Of a stretch of DNA of 64,000 nucleotides, positions 26,500-38,800 are shown one piece after another. The notes under the pieces are model-generated. The model was not told the DNA's origin and did not search any database. It saw only the letters and a program-made list of their open reading frames with translations. Both the position numbers and the translations under genes were made by a program. The stretch's first letter is position 1; the number at the start of each line of letters is the position of its first letter. The DNA lies in the NCBI RefSeq assembly GCF_963921235.1, contig NC_086097.1, positions 214,336,001 to 214,400,000 on the forward strand, written 5' to 3'. The stretch comes from Mobula hypostoma (Eukaryota).

Positions 26500-27570
26500 T
26501 TCTAGTGTGTTGCTGACATATCAATGTTGCTTCCCAAAATCAAATGTATGAAGCTAATTTACACATTGTTCTCTCTTTCACATGGTCCAGCTCTGACTCT
26601 TTACCCTGTATTGTCTTCACTACCTCCTTGGCAGGGGATGGGTTAATGCCCTTTACAAACCAAATCACTTCCTTGGCTATCATCCTCACATCCACACTGC
26701 TGAAAGGGCTCCATTTGTTCTCCCAGTTTATCTGTAACATGATGATCACACCTTCCACAGCAGTTCCTCTAAAATTCCTTATCCCTCCAATGACCTACCC
26801 TCCTTTTACTGCACAGAACTGTTAATTTATCCGCTTCATTGCCTGTACATCTGCTTCACTCTACTCCTCCTCTTTTCCAGCATAATGCTCTCCACATTTT
26901 ACAGATTATCCTCCCTAAGTTTCTGCCACCTTCTGTCGGATGCCATCATCAAACACATCTTCTCTTCTCCTCCTCTCAGCACACTTATTGGACCATCCGC
27001 TTTGCAAGTGCCTAGAAACACACCAATAAAATACACTCATCATGTCACAGCATCTTCCTACACAACAAACAATTCACCATCTGCCCTTTTCCAATCGTCC
27101 CTTCTCACCAATGCTCCTTCTAGCTGAAGCAACATGCATTTGTATCTCCTCGATTTTAATGCACTGCATTTGATACTAATGATCTTTGCACGGGAGAAGC
27201 CAAATATAGATTGGTTACCCATTTTGCAGTAAGTTTCTGTTCAGTCTGAAAGGGCAATCAAGACCTTCCAGTTGCCTGGTCACTTCAACTTCCCGCGCCA
27301 CTTCCAATCTGACCCAACTGTATACGTTTTCCAAAGAGGTCCAGCGTAATGTCAAGGAACAGCACTTCATCTTCTGTCCAGGCATATCGCAGTCTTCATA
27401 TTTCAATATCAAATTCAACAATTACGAGTAACTGACGTTCCCACGTAACAGAAATGGCCCTCTCTGCTGTAAGGTTATCCCTCTGTAACAATACCTTAAC
27501 TGGTTTTTTCTCCTTCTACTGCCTGATACGCTGGGCATTTCAAGAATTCCCCTTTTGTTTCAACTTTCAG
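26500..27570 (+). mobile_element. Highly degraded Penelope-like remnant (tentative)
   Basis: Pyrimidine-rich tract leading into GAACAGCACTTCATCTTCTGTCCAGGC..AATATCAAATTC, similar to the Penelope-derived body at ~47985-48030. No intact motif. Confidence 0.35.
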
Positions 27571-27589
27571 TAAGAAATAATTGTTTCCG

Positions 27590-27912
27590 AATACAAAATC
27601 ATGAGTGGTATAGACAGGGTTTTTCCCCACTAAGACTGGGAGAGACTAGAACTAGAGGACATAGGTAAGGGTAAAATGCGAAATGTTTACGGGTGACATC
27701 GGGGGAACTTCACTCAGAGGGTGGTGAGAGTGTAGAAAGCGGTGGATGCGGGGTTGAATCCAACATTCAGAGGACATTTCGGAAAGTACCTGCATGGGGG
27801 TGGTGTGGAGAGCTGAGGTTCAGGCGCAGATCGACAGGATGAGGCAGAATAGTAGTTCGCTGCGGACTAGATCGGCCGAAGGGCCTGTTTCTGTGCTGTA
27901 GTGCTTTGTACT
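27590..27912 (+). mobile_element. CR1 3' end fragment just upstream of the promoter
   Basis: ACTAGAGGACATAGG, TTCACTCAGAGGGTGG, and GGCCGAAGGGCCTGTTTCTGTGCTGTA terminus. Confidence 0.75.
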
Positions 27913-28399
27913 CGTGATTAGTATTTCATGGGTTTCATTGGCCCTTTAAAAAATGCCTCCAACTCCAGCATTAATCTATTAACCTGGATTCCTGCACATA
28001 TTGAGATCATCTGACCATTACTGGCCTCACCCTCTCGGAGAGACTCCCTTTATCCCAAACCTCTCGCCCAACCACCTCCGTAGCTCGAAACCAATTTGTT
28101 TTCTCATTTACCAATTCCGACGAAGAGTCTTCCACCCGAACGATGAGCTCTGTTTCAGAAATGTTGCCCGACCTACGGAGAGTCTGCAACATTTCGGGTT
28201 TTCCCTTTAGTTTCCGAACTTTCCCGTGTTAGTCTGAATGGAGATGGACGAGTTTCTGCCAATTTACCACAGCCTATCACTGTTTTCTTTGACAAATACT
28301 TCCTCCCCAGCCATGATGTTCAAGGCAGCCTTCACACCCCAGCCTGTTTCACCCCACACTCTCATCTGCTCAGCCCCTTGAATTTCCCAAGCATTCCCG

Positions 28400-28700
28400 A
28401 CCTCCGCCCACTGACCCGCTCACCATAACCCTCAACTGCCCTGTTTCCAACTCTGCTGCTTACACCAGCCCCTCCGCTTTTCGAATTCATTTTTTGGGGG
28501 GGAGGGCCGCCCCGCCCAGCCCAGCCCAGCCCAGAGCGTCCTGACGAGTTACGTTTCAGAAAATCCCACCAACTCAATTAAACTTTCTCCGACCTACCCC
28601 ATAAACCCCGGCCACCCCGTCTTCCCACTTCATAGTTGGTTTCCCCAGCAAGTGATCGGGCTCGCGGCTGTATAAGAAGCGTCTCGAATCCTCTCAGCTG
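28400..28700 (+). promoter_or_regulatory. Putative promoter of the NKAIN-family gene
   Basis: Local GC/CpG enrichment, overlapping GC boxes CCGCCCCGCCC (~28508), and TATA-like TATAAG at 28671, ~210 bp upstream of the ATG. Confidence 0.65.
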
Positions 28701-28770
28701 CAACAATCCCAGAGCTGTTGGATTGTACTAGCCGCCTTCCTGCCTCTCCTCCATTCTCTGCACCGCGTAC

Positions 28771-28779
28771 ATGGAGTGA
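28771..28779 (+). promoter_or_regulatory. Minimal upstream ORF (ATG GAG TGA) in the presumed 5' UTR
   Basis: The only ATG I see between the TATA-like box and the main ATG. Confidence 0.45.
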
Positions 28780-28882
28780 CATCCTACACCAGACTCTGTT
28801 AACCATAGACTTCGCTGATTGCGATTCGAAAGGTGTCGAGACCTAATCAGATTCTTCCGGCAAGACTTTCCCTCCGGTTGGA

Positions 28883-28936
28883 ATGGGTTGCTGCACGGGT
28901 CGCTGTACTTTAATATTCCTCTGTACTTTACAGTTG
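28883..28936 (+). CDS. NKAIN3: First coding exon of Na+/K+-transporting ATPase-interacting protein (NKAIN family, most like NKAIN3)
   Basis: ATG GGT TGC TGC ACG GGT CGC TGT ... TTA CAG TTG = MGCCTGRCTLIFLCTLQL, followed by a strong phase-0 donor GTGAGT. Matches the recalled NKAIN N-terminus (MGxCxGRC..LQL) and its 54-nt first coding exon. Family call is strong; paralog assignment (3 vs 2 or 4) is less certain. Confidence 0.88.
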
Positions 28937-31900
28937 GTGAGTATTCCACGCCGACCCATTGTGCTTGGGCAGTGTGTAACCATTGCTTACAAAAATGATC
29001 TGGGACGTTTGAAGGGATCTGCGTACTTTCATTAGTCGCAAAAGAAAAACCGATTGGTTACTTGCTGAAATCTCTGTGTTTATTAAGTGTATACTTAGAG
29101 TTAGTATGTCACGGTTAATATATTGTGTGTGTTGGAACCTGTCAACTTTTAAGATAGAATGACAGTACACCTAGTTCCAAAACATGAATCGCTGGCAATC
29201 TATTGCCAAATAACATTCAGGGGCTGCGCTCCGTTTCGTCTCGCTATCCTACCATCTCTTTGTGTTTAATCGCGCTCTGCTGGGTTGCTGTCTGTGCGCT
29301 GTGGAGATGGAATAAAATCATGCTTGTTTGTTATCTCTTTTGTATTTGCCATCGGCACTTTGAGTCGCGCTGACACTTCAGTTTGTGGTTGTGTTGCCGT
29401 AGTTCAACTGTTTTTTTTAAAAAATTGGTATCACCGGGATCTCTTTCGCGAGTTCACCCAAATCCACCCCGATACTGTCAATGACTGGCAGCCTGTTTGC
29501 TCCCAACCCAACAGCAACATCGCGGAGCCGAGTAGCTATTCATTCACCGGCCCGAGCCCAAAACAACCGGGAGCCCCGGGATTGGCGGGGGATGGGGGCG
29601 GGATGCTGAGTGTCGGGCTCGCGGTACATTGCGAGCTCCGGTTTATCTCACCAGCTCCAATTGATTGTTCTTTCACCAGATAAAGGCAGGAGTGAAATTT
29701 CTTTTCTTGATGCATATTTTGTTGTTTGGTGCTGTGGTATGTGCATTGAAACTGGATGCTGTAAGCTGCACTGTGGACCTGTTTTTAGATGCTTGCTCAT
29801 TTTGACGGTGCACATTGCTGAAGTCCGATGTGCCACAGAACAAACCGTTTGTTCCCAGCGGAAAGAACGCCTTTTAGGAAACCACGAAATAAAATGGAAA
29901 GATCTTCGGGCAAATAATGTGCTAGAGGCAGGGCTGCTTGCATTGTATTGATTTTTCTTAAGAGGGCAAGCATAGAAGCATCTGGCTGTTGGTGAATAAA
30001 ATGAAGCCGGACCGGATGGATAACGCCAGTTGACAAAGGCTGTGATTGCCACCGAACGCCTGCTGCTGTGAGCGCTTGAAGCAGGTGCGGTGTGGTCCTG
30101 CGAACGATTTTTCCACCTGGGATATTCAGACGAAAGTACATATCGCGTCTTTTGGATTTTGTTCCGGAGTGGACCGGACGCTCATATTATATATAGCTAT
30201 TTGTAAATAAATATTTAAGGAAGAGATGATATCGTTGGCATAAGAAATCGCTTATTTTAAGACCATTTTGATTGCTTTGTTCGGTTATCTAGGCGATGCA
30301 GGCTTCTAGTGAATGAAGGAGCAGAGGAATGAACTATTTCCAGACCATACTACCTTTAGACCTGATTATTAATTGATCCCAATAGGTTCCCGGCACAATA
30401 GTGTCCTTCTACAGGCAGAAATCCAGCAACGTTATTCCTGTCACAAATTATAGGATAGGCTGGTATTATTGGGATGACGTTCAGGACTCGAAAGGCCTGA
30501 GCTTCGTGTCATATTATTAACTATATCATTTCTGCCCATCGTCCTTTTTCAGCAGATCCAACTTGAAAGATTTTGTTTTCAATTTACCAGCCGTGCCATT
30601 TAATTTCCTCATCCCGTGCGTTGACCCAAGCTGAGTGAAGAGACTGAAGATACCAGGAGCAAACCTACCCTACCAGTCGGTGGGGCAGATTCATCACCCT
30701 GGGTGGGGTGAGGGGTGGGGTGTCAGAATGGGGGAGGGTGGACTTGTAACTGAGATTCTCACATTGTTTTCATCCGTGATCATGGGTGGAGGTCTAATAT
30801 CTTGCTCTTCCTGTTGCAGAAATACTGTGTAATTTATTAGTCTCTTGTCATCGTGGCGAGATTAACGCCCGATCAGTCTGCGTCAGTATCACATATATTT
30901 CTTTTTCATTTAGGAAATTCTTTGCACTTTCTAAAATGGATTATTTTCTGTGTTCACACTTTATCAATTCACCTGACTTATGATATGCTTTGTGACGGCA
31001 CATTTACTGTATCTCTAAGTTGTCCATTTACGATTACTGCCACGAGCAGCTGCCCTGCTCCTTGTGTGACAGGAGGACTTGCATGTGAAAGCTTCAGATC
31101 TACTTGCTGGTGTGACTACTTTCACCATCAAAGCAAACGCTTTGCAAGAGCGAGCCACGAAATACTAAGTAATGAAGAGGTGGAAGGGATTATGGTGATT
31201 TGAAATCAAGAACTGATTAGTGACAGCTCAGTGACCTAATCACCACTAAAATGCAATGCTTTCTAGAGCACTGTACTTAATCACAAATGCGTGTGATTTA
31301 TTTTAAAGAGATTTCGCCACCAAAATAAAAAAATTTCTAACTTTGGTTTCTCTGCTATGTGTGTAAATGCCATCATTTGGAAAAAATATTTTAACAAAAA
31401 GCTGTATCAAAGGTAACTTAATGTAAACACTGAGCAACAAATTGCAAAAGCAAACATATTTTTCATTTTTGGACTCAGTTTCAAAATTTCTGCCTTTGAG
31501 TCCTGTTGCCTCCTCTTCTGCATTTATGGATTCTCAACCCAGTATTTTTCCTGGTTCTGGAACTTCACAGCACAATTTATAACAAATTGGGTCAAACATT
31601 TTGGACTTAAATATATTTGGTTAGGGTTAATTTTAGATTGAACTGATTGATGCTTTCCTTTACTAGTCATAGTCCCTTGTGCATAAGTAGAAAAATATTT
31701 CAATATCTTATCTCAGTGACTGAAAAAAAAATGCCATTTATATACTGAAACAGTATTTCAAAACTATTAAATATGTATTTTAAAGAAAACAATTTGCTTT
31801 AGCTGTGCTCTACAAGGTGTCATTTCATTCACGTAGTTTAATTTCCCTCACTATAGTATACTGCCAGTTGAGATCATTAATAATATTGCTAAACATTTCC

Positions 31901-32889
31901 CTTAAAATCTGTAGCAATTATTGTTTCTGGTATTTTTATTGATCTTTCATAAAGAATTATCAGAAAGGTTTTGTTGATTATGTACTCCAGGTTTTATAGT
32001 TTTCTGTTGACTGAATATTATATTGGTCCTGAATACTACAACCATGCTGGATCCTTCACCATGAAGCAGACCCAAGTGTAGCATTTCAGTTTGTTTATAT
32101 GCATATAGGAGCACTATGTTCCTCTATATATGCATATGCACAAACCCAAAGACATGACTGCCATTGCAACAAGCTGATTTTAGTTGTAGTTCAATTGAAT
32201 CAAATTATCATGATTTATTTTGTCAGCATGCTTTCTAATAACAATTAAATTAATCACATTTTTACTGGAGATGTAACCAAGTGTTAATTGTTAATGCAAG
32301 GTTAAGCAGTGAAATAATTTACTTAGCTTATCCTTTTCTTCATTTTTTTTGAATGCTGAAAGGCTGGATAGATGACAATTATGCACATGAATATTACTCT
32401 AGTTCAGATGGATTATTATGTTGAAGTTTTTAAAACTTTGGGGAATATCAATGCCTATGAGAAAGTTCAATGGGGAATGAGCGAAGCAATTTTTGGTCTC
32501 CCAGCTCAGAACTTTGCAGTTTTTCCTGATACTATTTTTACTCCTGTTATAGTTGGAAGGAGTCAGTTTTGGTGCTGTTTCAGTAAATCTTTTCTTTTGC
32601 ATTTATTCCAGGGCTCCGATAATTTATTGAGTTTCTTTCTTTCTAAAGTTTAGATTGTGTTATTATTTTTCTGAAAGTGTATCACCTGGCATTTACAGTA
32701 AACTTAGTCATTTATTCTGTAAATATTCTAATATGTTATTGTAGTATTTTGCATCCCTCTTCAGCGTTAGCTAAATCTTCATTTGGTATAGTCTGCAAAT
32801 TTTGATATCAAGTCTTAATCGTTAATATATAATAAATATCAATAGTCCCAGGTCTATTTCATGTAGACCACTGCTTTTTGTCTTTCCCC

Positions 32890-33900
32890 AGTCTGAATAT
32901 TTACCCCTTTTCCCCCTTCTCTGTACTTGGGGACCAGAATGGTGTTTTTGTAATTGCCGAAGCAATGGTACATTTTCTCTAGGGAAATAAAAGTTAAAGA
33001 TATCACTGAGCAGCTGCATGGACTTCCACAGGGGAGGGTGAACAACTAGGAGTCTTGGTCAATGCATAAATAACCTGCACAGGGGAAAAAAATGGATGAA
33101 GTCCTCCAGGGAAATTTTTAAGGAGTTAGGAAAGAAATTAAGAAGCAAAGGTAATAATCTCCAGATTACCCTTGGTGTCAAGCATGAATGAATACAGAAA
33201 AAAAACAATAGTGTGGCTTGTGAGAGGGTTCAAGAGACAGGACTTTGATTCTTGGGGCACTGAAAGTAGTTCTGGGGAGGTAGAATCTATAACCAGCCAG
33301 ATAGATTCAGCTTCCTGACGTGCGGCCAATGTTCTCACGAAAATTTCATAGTGCTGTTGGTGAGAGGTTTTAAACTAATTTGGCAGTGGCTTGGACACAG
33401 AGATTGAACACTGGAAATGTGAACACAAAGCTGCAAAAAAAGTTCAAAAAAAAATACCAGATAATAAAGTTTTTGACAAGACCAAAAGTATCCAAGATAG
33501 GTTAGCAGTGCATATGTTTACAGGAAGAAGCACATTAAATAGGATTTGTAAGCTCTCAGGGTAATTAACCAAGTGGATTAATGATATCACAGCAATAAAA
33601 GTGACCTGACTTAAAAACTAGTTGTGAGTATACAGGAGAGCATATTTGCAGGGATATTTCAGTGTCATGTGAAAGCTATGGGCAGTGATAGTGGGAACTT
33701 TAGCTACCTACGCAGGAGTAGCAATGAAGTGAGGAGCAAGGTGGGGAGGAATTTCCAATGTGTGTTCAGGATAAATTTCTTTACCACTGTTTTTTCTCTG
33801 GCCTAGTGAGGAATGCGGCACTGCTGGACTTGGTTGTGAAAAGCAAGCCAGGTCAAGTGCAGCAAATATTAGTAGTGTAACATCTTCTAAAAATTGATTA
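32890..33900 (+). mobile_element. Old CR1 5' region remnant (ORF1/endonuclease)
   Basis: Decayed similarity to the ORF1 esterase region, e.g. AAGGTAATAATCTCCAGATTAC and GGTTTTAAACTAATTTGGCAG. Confidence 0.5.
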
Positions 33901-35199
33901 TGTCATCGATCACTACAGTACAGAAAAAGGCCCTTTGGCCCATCTAGTCCATGATGAACTTTTAATCGGCCTGGTCCCATCGACCTGCACTTAGACCTTA
34001 CCCCTCCTATCCATGTACCTATCCAAATTCCTCTTAACTGTTGAAATCAAACCTACATTCACCAATTCTGCTGGCAGCTTGTTCCATGTGCTTACAACCC
34101 TTTGAATGAGGAAGTTCCTTAAATGTTTCGCCTTTCATCCTTAACCCATGACCTCTAGATCTAGTATTTCCCAGCCTCAGTGGGAAAAAAGCCTTCTTGT
34201 ATTTGCCCTATCAATACCCCTCATAATTTTGTATACCTTTATCAACTCTCCTGTTATTCTCCTAAACTCGAGTAAATCTATTTAATCTTTCCCTATTACT
34301 TGAGTCTACAAATCCCAGCATTATTGTTGTAAATTTTCCCTGCAGTCTTTCAATTTTATTGATAACTATCCTGTAGGTAGGTGACCAGAACTGTACACAA
34401 TGCTCCAAATTAGGTCTCACCAACATCTTGTACAACTTGAATATAACATCATAACACCTGTACTCAATACTTTGAAAGTCAATGTGCCAAAAACACTCTC
34501 TTTCTTCTGATGCCATTTTAAAGGAATTGTGGATCTGTATTCCCAGATCACTCCATTCTGTTGCACTCCTCAATGTCCTACTGCTCACCATGTTTGTCCT
34601 CCCAAAGTGTAACTCCTCTTGCTTGTCTGCATTAATTTCCGTCTGTCATTTTTCAGCCTATTTTTCTTCCTGGTCCAGATCCTGCTGCAAACTTTGATCA
34701 CCATCCTTGCTCTTCACTACATCCTCATCTTGGTACCATCTGTAAATTTGCTAATCCAGTGTACTGTATTATTATCTAGATTGTTGGTTTATATATGGCA
34801 AACAACAATGGACCATGCACTGATCGCTGTGGCACACCACTTGTCACAGCCCTCCAGTCAGAGAGACAACCACCTACTACTACTCTTTATCTTCTCCTGC
34901 GAAGCCAATGTCCAATCCAATTTACTACCTCACCTGAATGCCAAGAGACTGAACCTTCTTGACCAACCTCCCCTGCGAGGCCTTGTCAAAGGCTTTGCTG
35001 AAATCCATGTAGATACCATCCACTGCCTGCCCTTCATTAACTTTCCTGGTAACTTCTTTGAAAAGCTCTAAAAGATAGGTTAGACTCGACCTACCACACA
35101 CAAAGCCGTGCTGACTATCGCTAATCAATCCCTGTCTATCCAAATATATACACATATTCAGTCCCTTAGAATACCTTCCAAAAACTTCCTGCTGCTGTC

Positions 35200-35390
35200 A
35201 GTAAGGCATTTGTGTACTCGCCCTATGACCACAGGTGTCTACCGATTTCCTCTCACCATCCAAAGATGTACCAGTTGGTAGGTTAATTGGTCGTTGTAAG
35301 TTGACCTATGACTTGGCTACGGTTAAATTGGGGGTTGCTGTGTAGCACGTCTTGAAGGGCTGGAAGGACTTATTTCACACTGTAAATAAA
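35200..35390 (+). mobile_element. Partial V-SINE-like element inside the CR1
   Basis: CCAAAGATGTACCAGTTGGTAGGTTAATTGGTCGTTGTAAGTTG..AATAAA, related to 17800-18092. Confidence 0.65.
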
Positions 35391-35856
35391 CTTATCCACT
35401 GCTGATGTCAGGCTCACTGACCTTATTTTTAAAACCTTTCTTAAACAACAGAACATTAGCTATCCTCCAATCCTCCAGCATCTCCCCAATTGCAAAGGAC
35501 CTTGTAAATATCTCTGCTAGTACCCCTGCAATTTCTGCACTACCCTCCCACAAGATCCAAAGGAACATCTTGTCAGGCCCTGGGGATTTTTATCACCCTA
35601 ATTTGCCTCAAGACAGCAAACGCAGCCTCCTCTGTAATGTGTATCGGTCCATGACCTCACTGCTGTTTTGTCTAACTTCTGTAGACTCTTTGTCTCTTGA
35701 GTAACTACACATGCAAAATATATAGAATCCCTTGGGACTCTCCTTCACTGTGTTGGCTAGAATAATCTCATATCTTCTTTAGTTCTCCTGATTTCCATCT
35801 TGTGTTCTCTTGCATTTTACTCATGTATCTATTTTTTTTCCTTCCTATCTATATCT

Positions 35857-38800
35857 CAATCCTGGGTATGACTCTAAACTGCAACCGGTGATGAGGCTCT
35901 GACTGGGGACTTTCAGAGCTTTGGGGGAAGTGGAGTTACCCCTTAGTCATTCATTGCTCCCAGGGCCTCTCTGACCCGGGACGGTAGCACCTGCAAGGGT
36001 TCCTGCTCAGGATACGAGCAAAGGCCAACGGCGGATCTGGAAGGTTCAGTAACTGAACTTATGACAGAGAAGGCGGATGAGCTAGGACCTCAAATCTCAA
36101 TGGCTATAGTATAGGCAGATGAATATTTTGGAAAAGAGATGGCAATTTCTTTAGTTCGCCCAATGGTAGGCAATAGCAAACCACCGTTGCAATTTGCTAA
36201 GAAAACCATGGTCAAACTCACAAAATGTATCACACAACAACAGCGTCAAGAGGACCTTCAAGACAACTCTGAAGATGTTTCGCTCAGTAGGGTTGATTCT
36301 GGTCAGCAGGGGATCCCTGACCATCATCAAGCTACTGCTCATAAAATTCAAGTAACACAAAAGAAAATTATTACCACTTGGAATGTAAGAACCCTATATC
36401 AAGCAGAAAGATTGGACAATGTGATAAATGAAATGGAAAGGCTGAAGATTAACATCATGGGACTTAGCAAAGTTCGTTGGATAGGTGCTGGAACATGTCA
36501 GATTAAAAATAAAACACTAGTTTATTCTTGTGGAACATCCCATACTAATGGAGTAGGAATTCTTATGGATGAAAACATGGCAAAAAGTGTTTTAGGACAT
36601 TGGGCAATACCAGATAGAGTACACCCTGTTAGATTTAGGGGACAACCATTTGATTTAGCAACTATACAGGTATATGCACCAACAACAGATGGAACAAATG
36701 AGGAGATAGATAAATTCTATGCAGAGCTTGAACAAGCAAAGAATGGATGCAAATCTCAAGATATTGTTATTGCCATGGGAGATCTAAATGCTAAAGTAGG
36801 ACAAAGTGCTGATGGAAATACCATAGGAAAATTTGGACTAGGGGAAACAAATGAAGGATGAGAGAAATGGGTAGAATGGTCCAAGATGAATAATCAGGTC
36901 ATTATGAATACCTACTTTAAAAACCATACAAGACACTTGTTGACCTGGAAAAGTCCAGGTGATAATACTAGAAATCAAATCAAGTCTAGAAATAGAATCT
37001 GTTGAAGATGATAGCAATCATGTAGAAGTGAAGTTTAACTCTCGAAAGGATGCCTTGGCAGAATCAGCAAAGTCAGTGATTCCTAAAAAAGAAAAAAGCA
37101 CAAAGAATAAATGGATGACAGATGAAATCAAAAATCTAATGGAAAAAAGGAGACAGAAGAAAACAAATCCTATAGAATATAAGTCCTTAGTTTAAAAAGT
37201 TAAAAGCTTATGTCAAAAAGCCAAAGAAGAAATACCTCAAGGTTATGAAATACCTCGAGGTGCATGACAAGATAGGCCAAAGCCAGCATGGTTTCATGAT
37301 GGGAAGATCCTGCCTTACCAACTTATTGGAATTTTTTGAGGTAATCTCGAATAAGATTGACAAGGGAGAGGCTGTGGATGTTGTGTATTTGGATTTTCAA
37401 AAGGCCTTTGATAAGGTGCCGCATATGAGGCTGCTTAATAAGATGAGAGCCCATGGAATTATAGGAAAGATATTGGAATGGGTGGATCATTGGCTGATAG
37501 GCAGAAAGCAAAGGGTGGGAATAAAGGGATCCTATTCTGATTGGTTGCCGGTTACTAGTGTTCTGCAGGAGCCAATGTTGGGGCTGCTTCTTTTTACGAT
37601 GTATATCGATGATTTGGATTATGGATTAAATGGTTTTGTGGCCAAGTTTGCGGATGTGGAGGAGCAGGAAATGTTGAAGAAACAGAAAGGTTGCAGAGAC
37701 TTGGTCAGTTTAGGAGAGTGGGCAAAGAAATGGCAGATGAGATACAACGTTGACAAATGTATGGTTGTACATTTCGGAAGAAGAAATAATTGGGCAGATT
37801 ATTATTTAGATGGGGAGAAAATTCAAAAATTGGAAGTGCAAAGGAACTTGGGGGTCCTCGTGCAGAATACCCTAAAGGTTAACCACCAAGTTGGATTGGC
37901 GGTAAGGAAAGCGAATGCTATGTTGGCATACATTTCAAGAGGAATAGTGTATAAGAGTAAGGAGGTGTTGATGAGGCTCTATGGGGCATTAGTGAGACCT
38001 CATTTGGAATACTGTGTGCAGTTTTGGGCCCCCTATCTTAGAAAGGATATACTGATGTTGGAGAGAGTTCATTTACGAGGATGCTTCCTGGAATGCAGGG
38101 GCTAACATTTGAGGAGCGTCTGTCGGCTCTTGGATTGTATCCATTAGAGTATAGAAGAATGAGAGGGGATCTCATAGAAACGTTTCGAATGTTGAAAGGG
38201 TTGGACAGAGTAGATGTGGAAAGGTTGTTTCCCTTGGTGGGTAAGTCCAGGACAAGAGGCCATAGTCTTAGAATTAGAGGGTACCCAGTTAAAACAGAGA
38301 TGAGGAGAAATTTTTTTAGCCAGAGGGTCGTGGATTTGTGGAATTCGTTGCCACATGTGACTGTGGAGGCCCGATCATTGAGGGTGTTTAAGGAGGAGAT
38401 TGGCAGGTATCTAATTAGTCAGGGTATCAAGGGATATGGGGAAAAAGCCGGAAATTGGAACTAGATGGGTGAATAGTTTAGCTCATGGGGGAGCTGCGGA
38501 GCAGACTCGATGGGCCAAATGGCCTACTTCTGCTCCTTTGTCTTGTGATCTTGTGAAGAATGGTTAAACCAGGAATGTGAGCAAATAGAAAAAAGCCCTA
38601 TTACTGATCCAAAAAGGTTACTTCAACAAATCAAGAATCTCACTGGTAAAAAGCTCCTCTGTTCTTCAGGTGGATGTTTGAAAGCAAAGGACGGTACCAT
38701 TATCATGGAAAAAGATGAGATTATGAACAGATGGACTGAGTATATTCAAGAATTGTTTGAGGACGATCAAGGCGGGAAACCAGAAATTAAGAAAAACATT

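Noticed and set aside
28535..28570. CTGACGA..GAAA in the promoter as a hammerhead
   Set aside because: No pairing for stem I or stem II.
29285..30141. Overlapping 113-134 aa ORFs on both strands
   Set aside because: No domain signal; expected in GC-richer promoter-proximal intron DNA.
36139..36861. 240-aa ORF as a host endonuclease gene
   Set aside because: It is the RTE endonuclease domain, ending in a premature stop within a TSD-bounded element.
37245..38105. 286-aa ORF as an active reverse transcriptase
   Set aside because: 5'-truncated CR1 with deletions near the catalytic motif (KFADV instead of FADD) and frameshifts.
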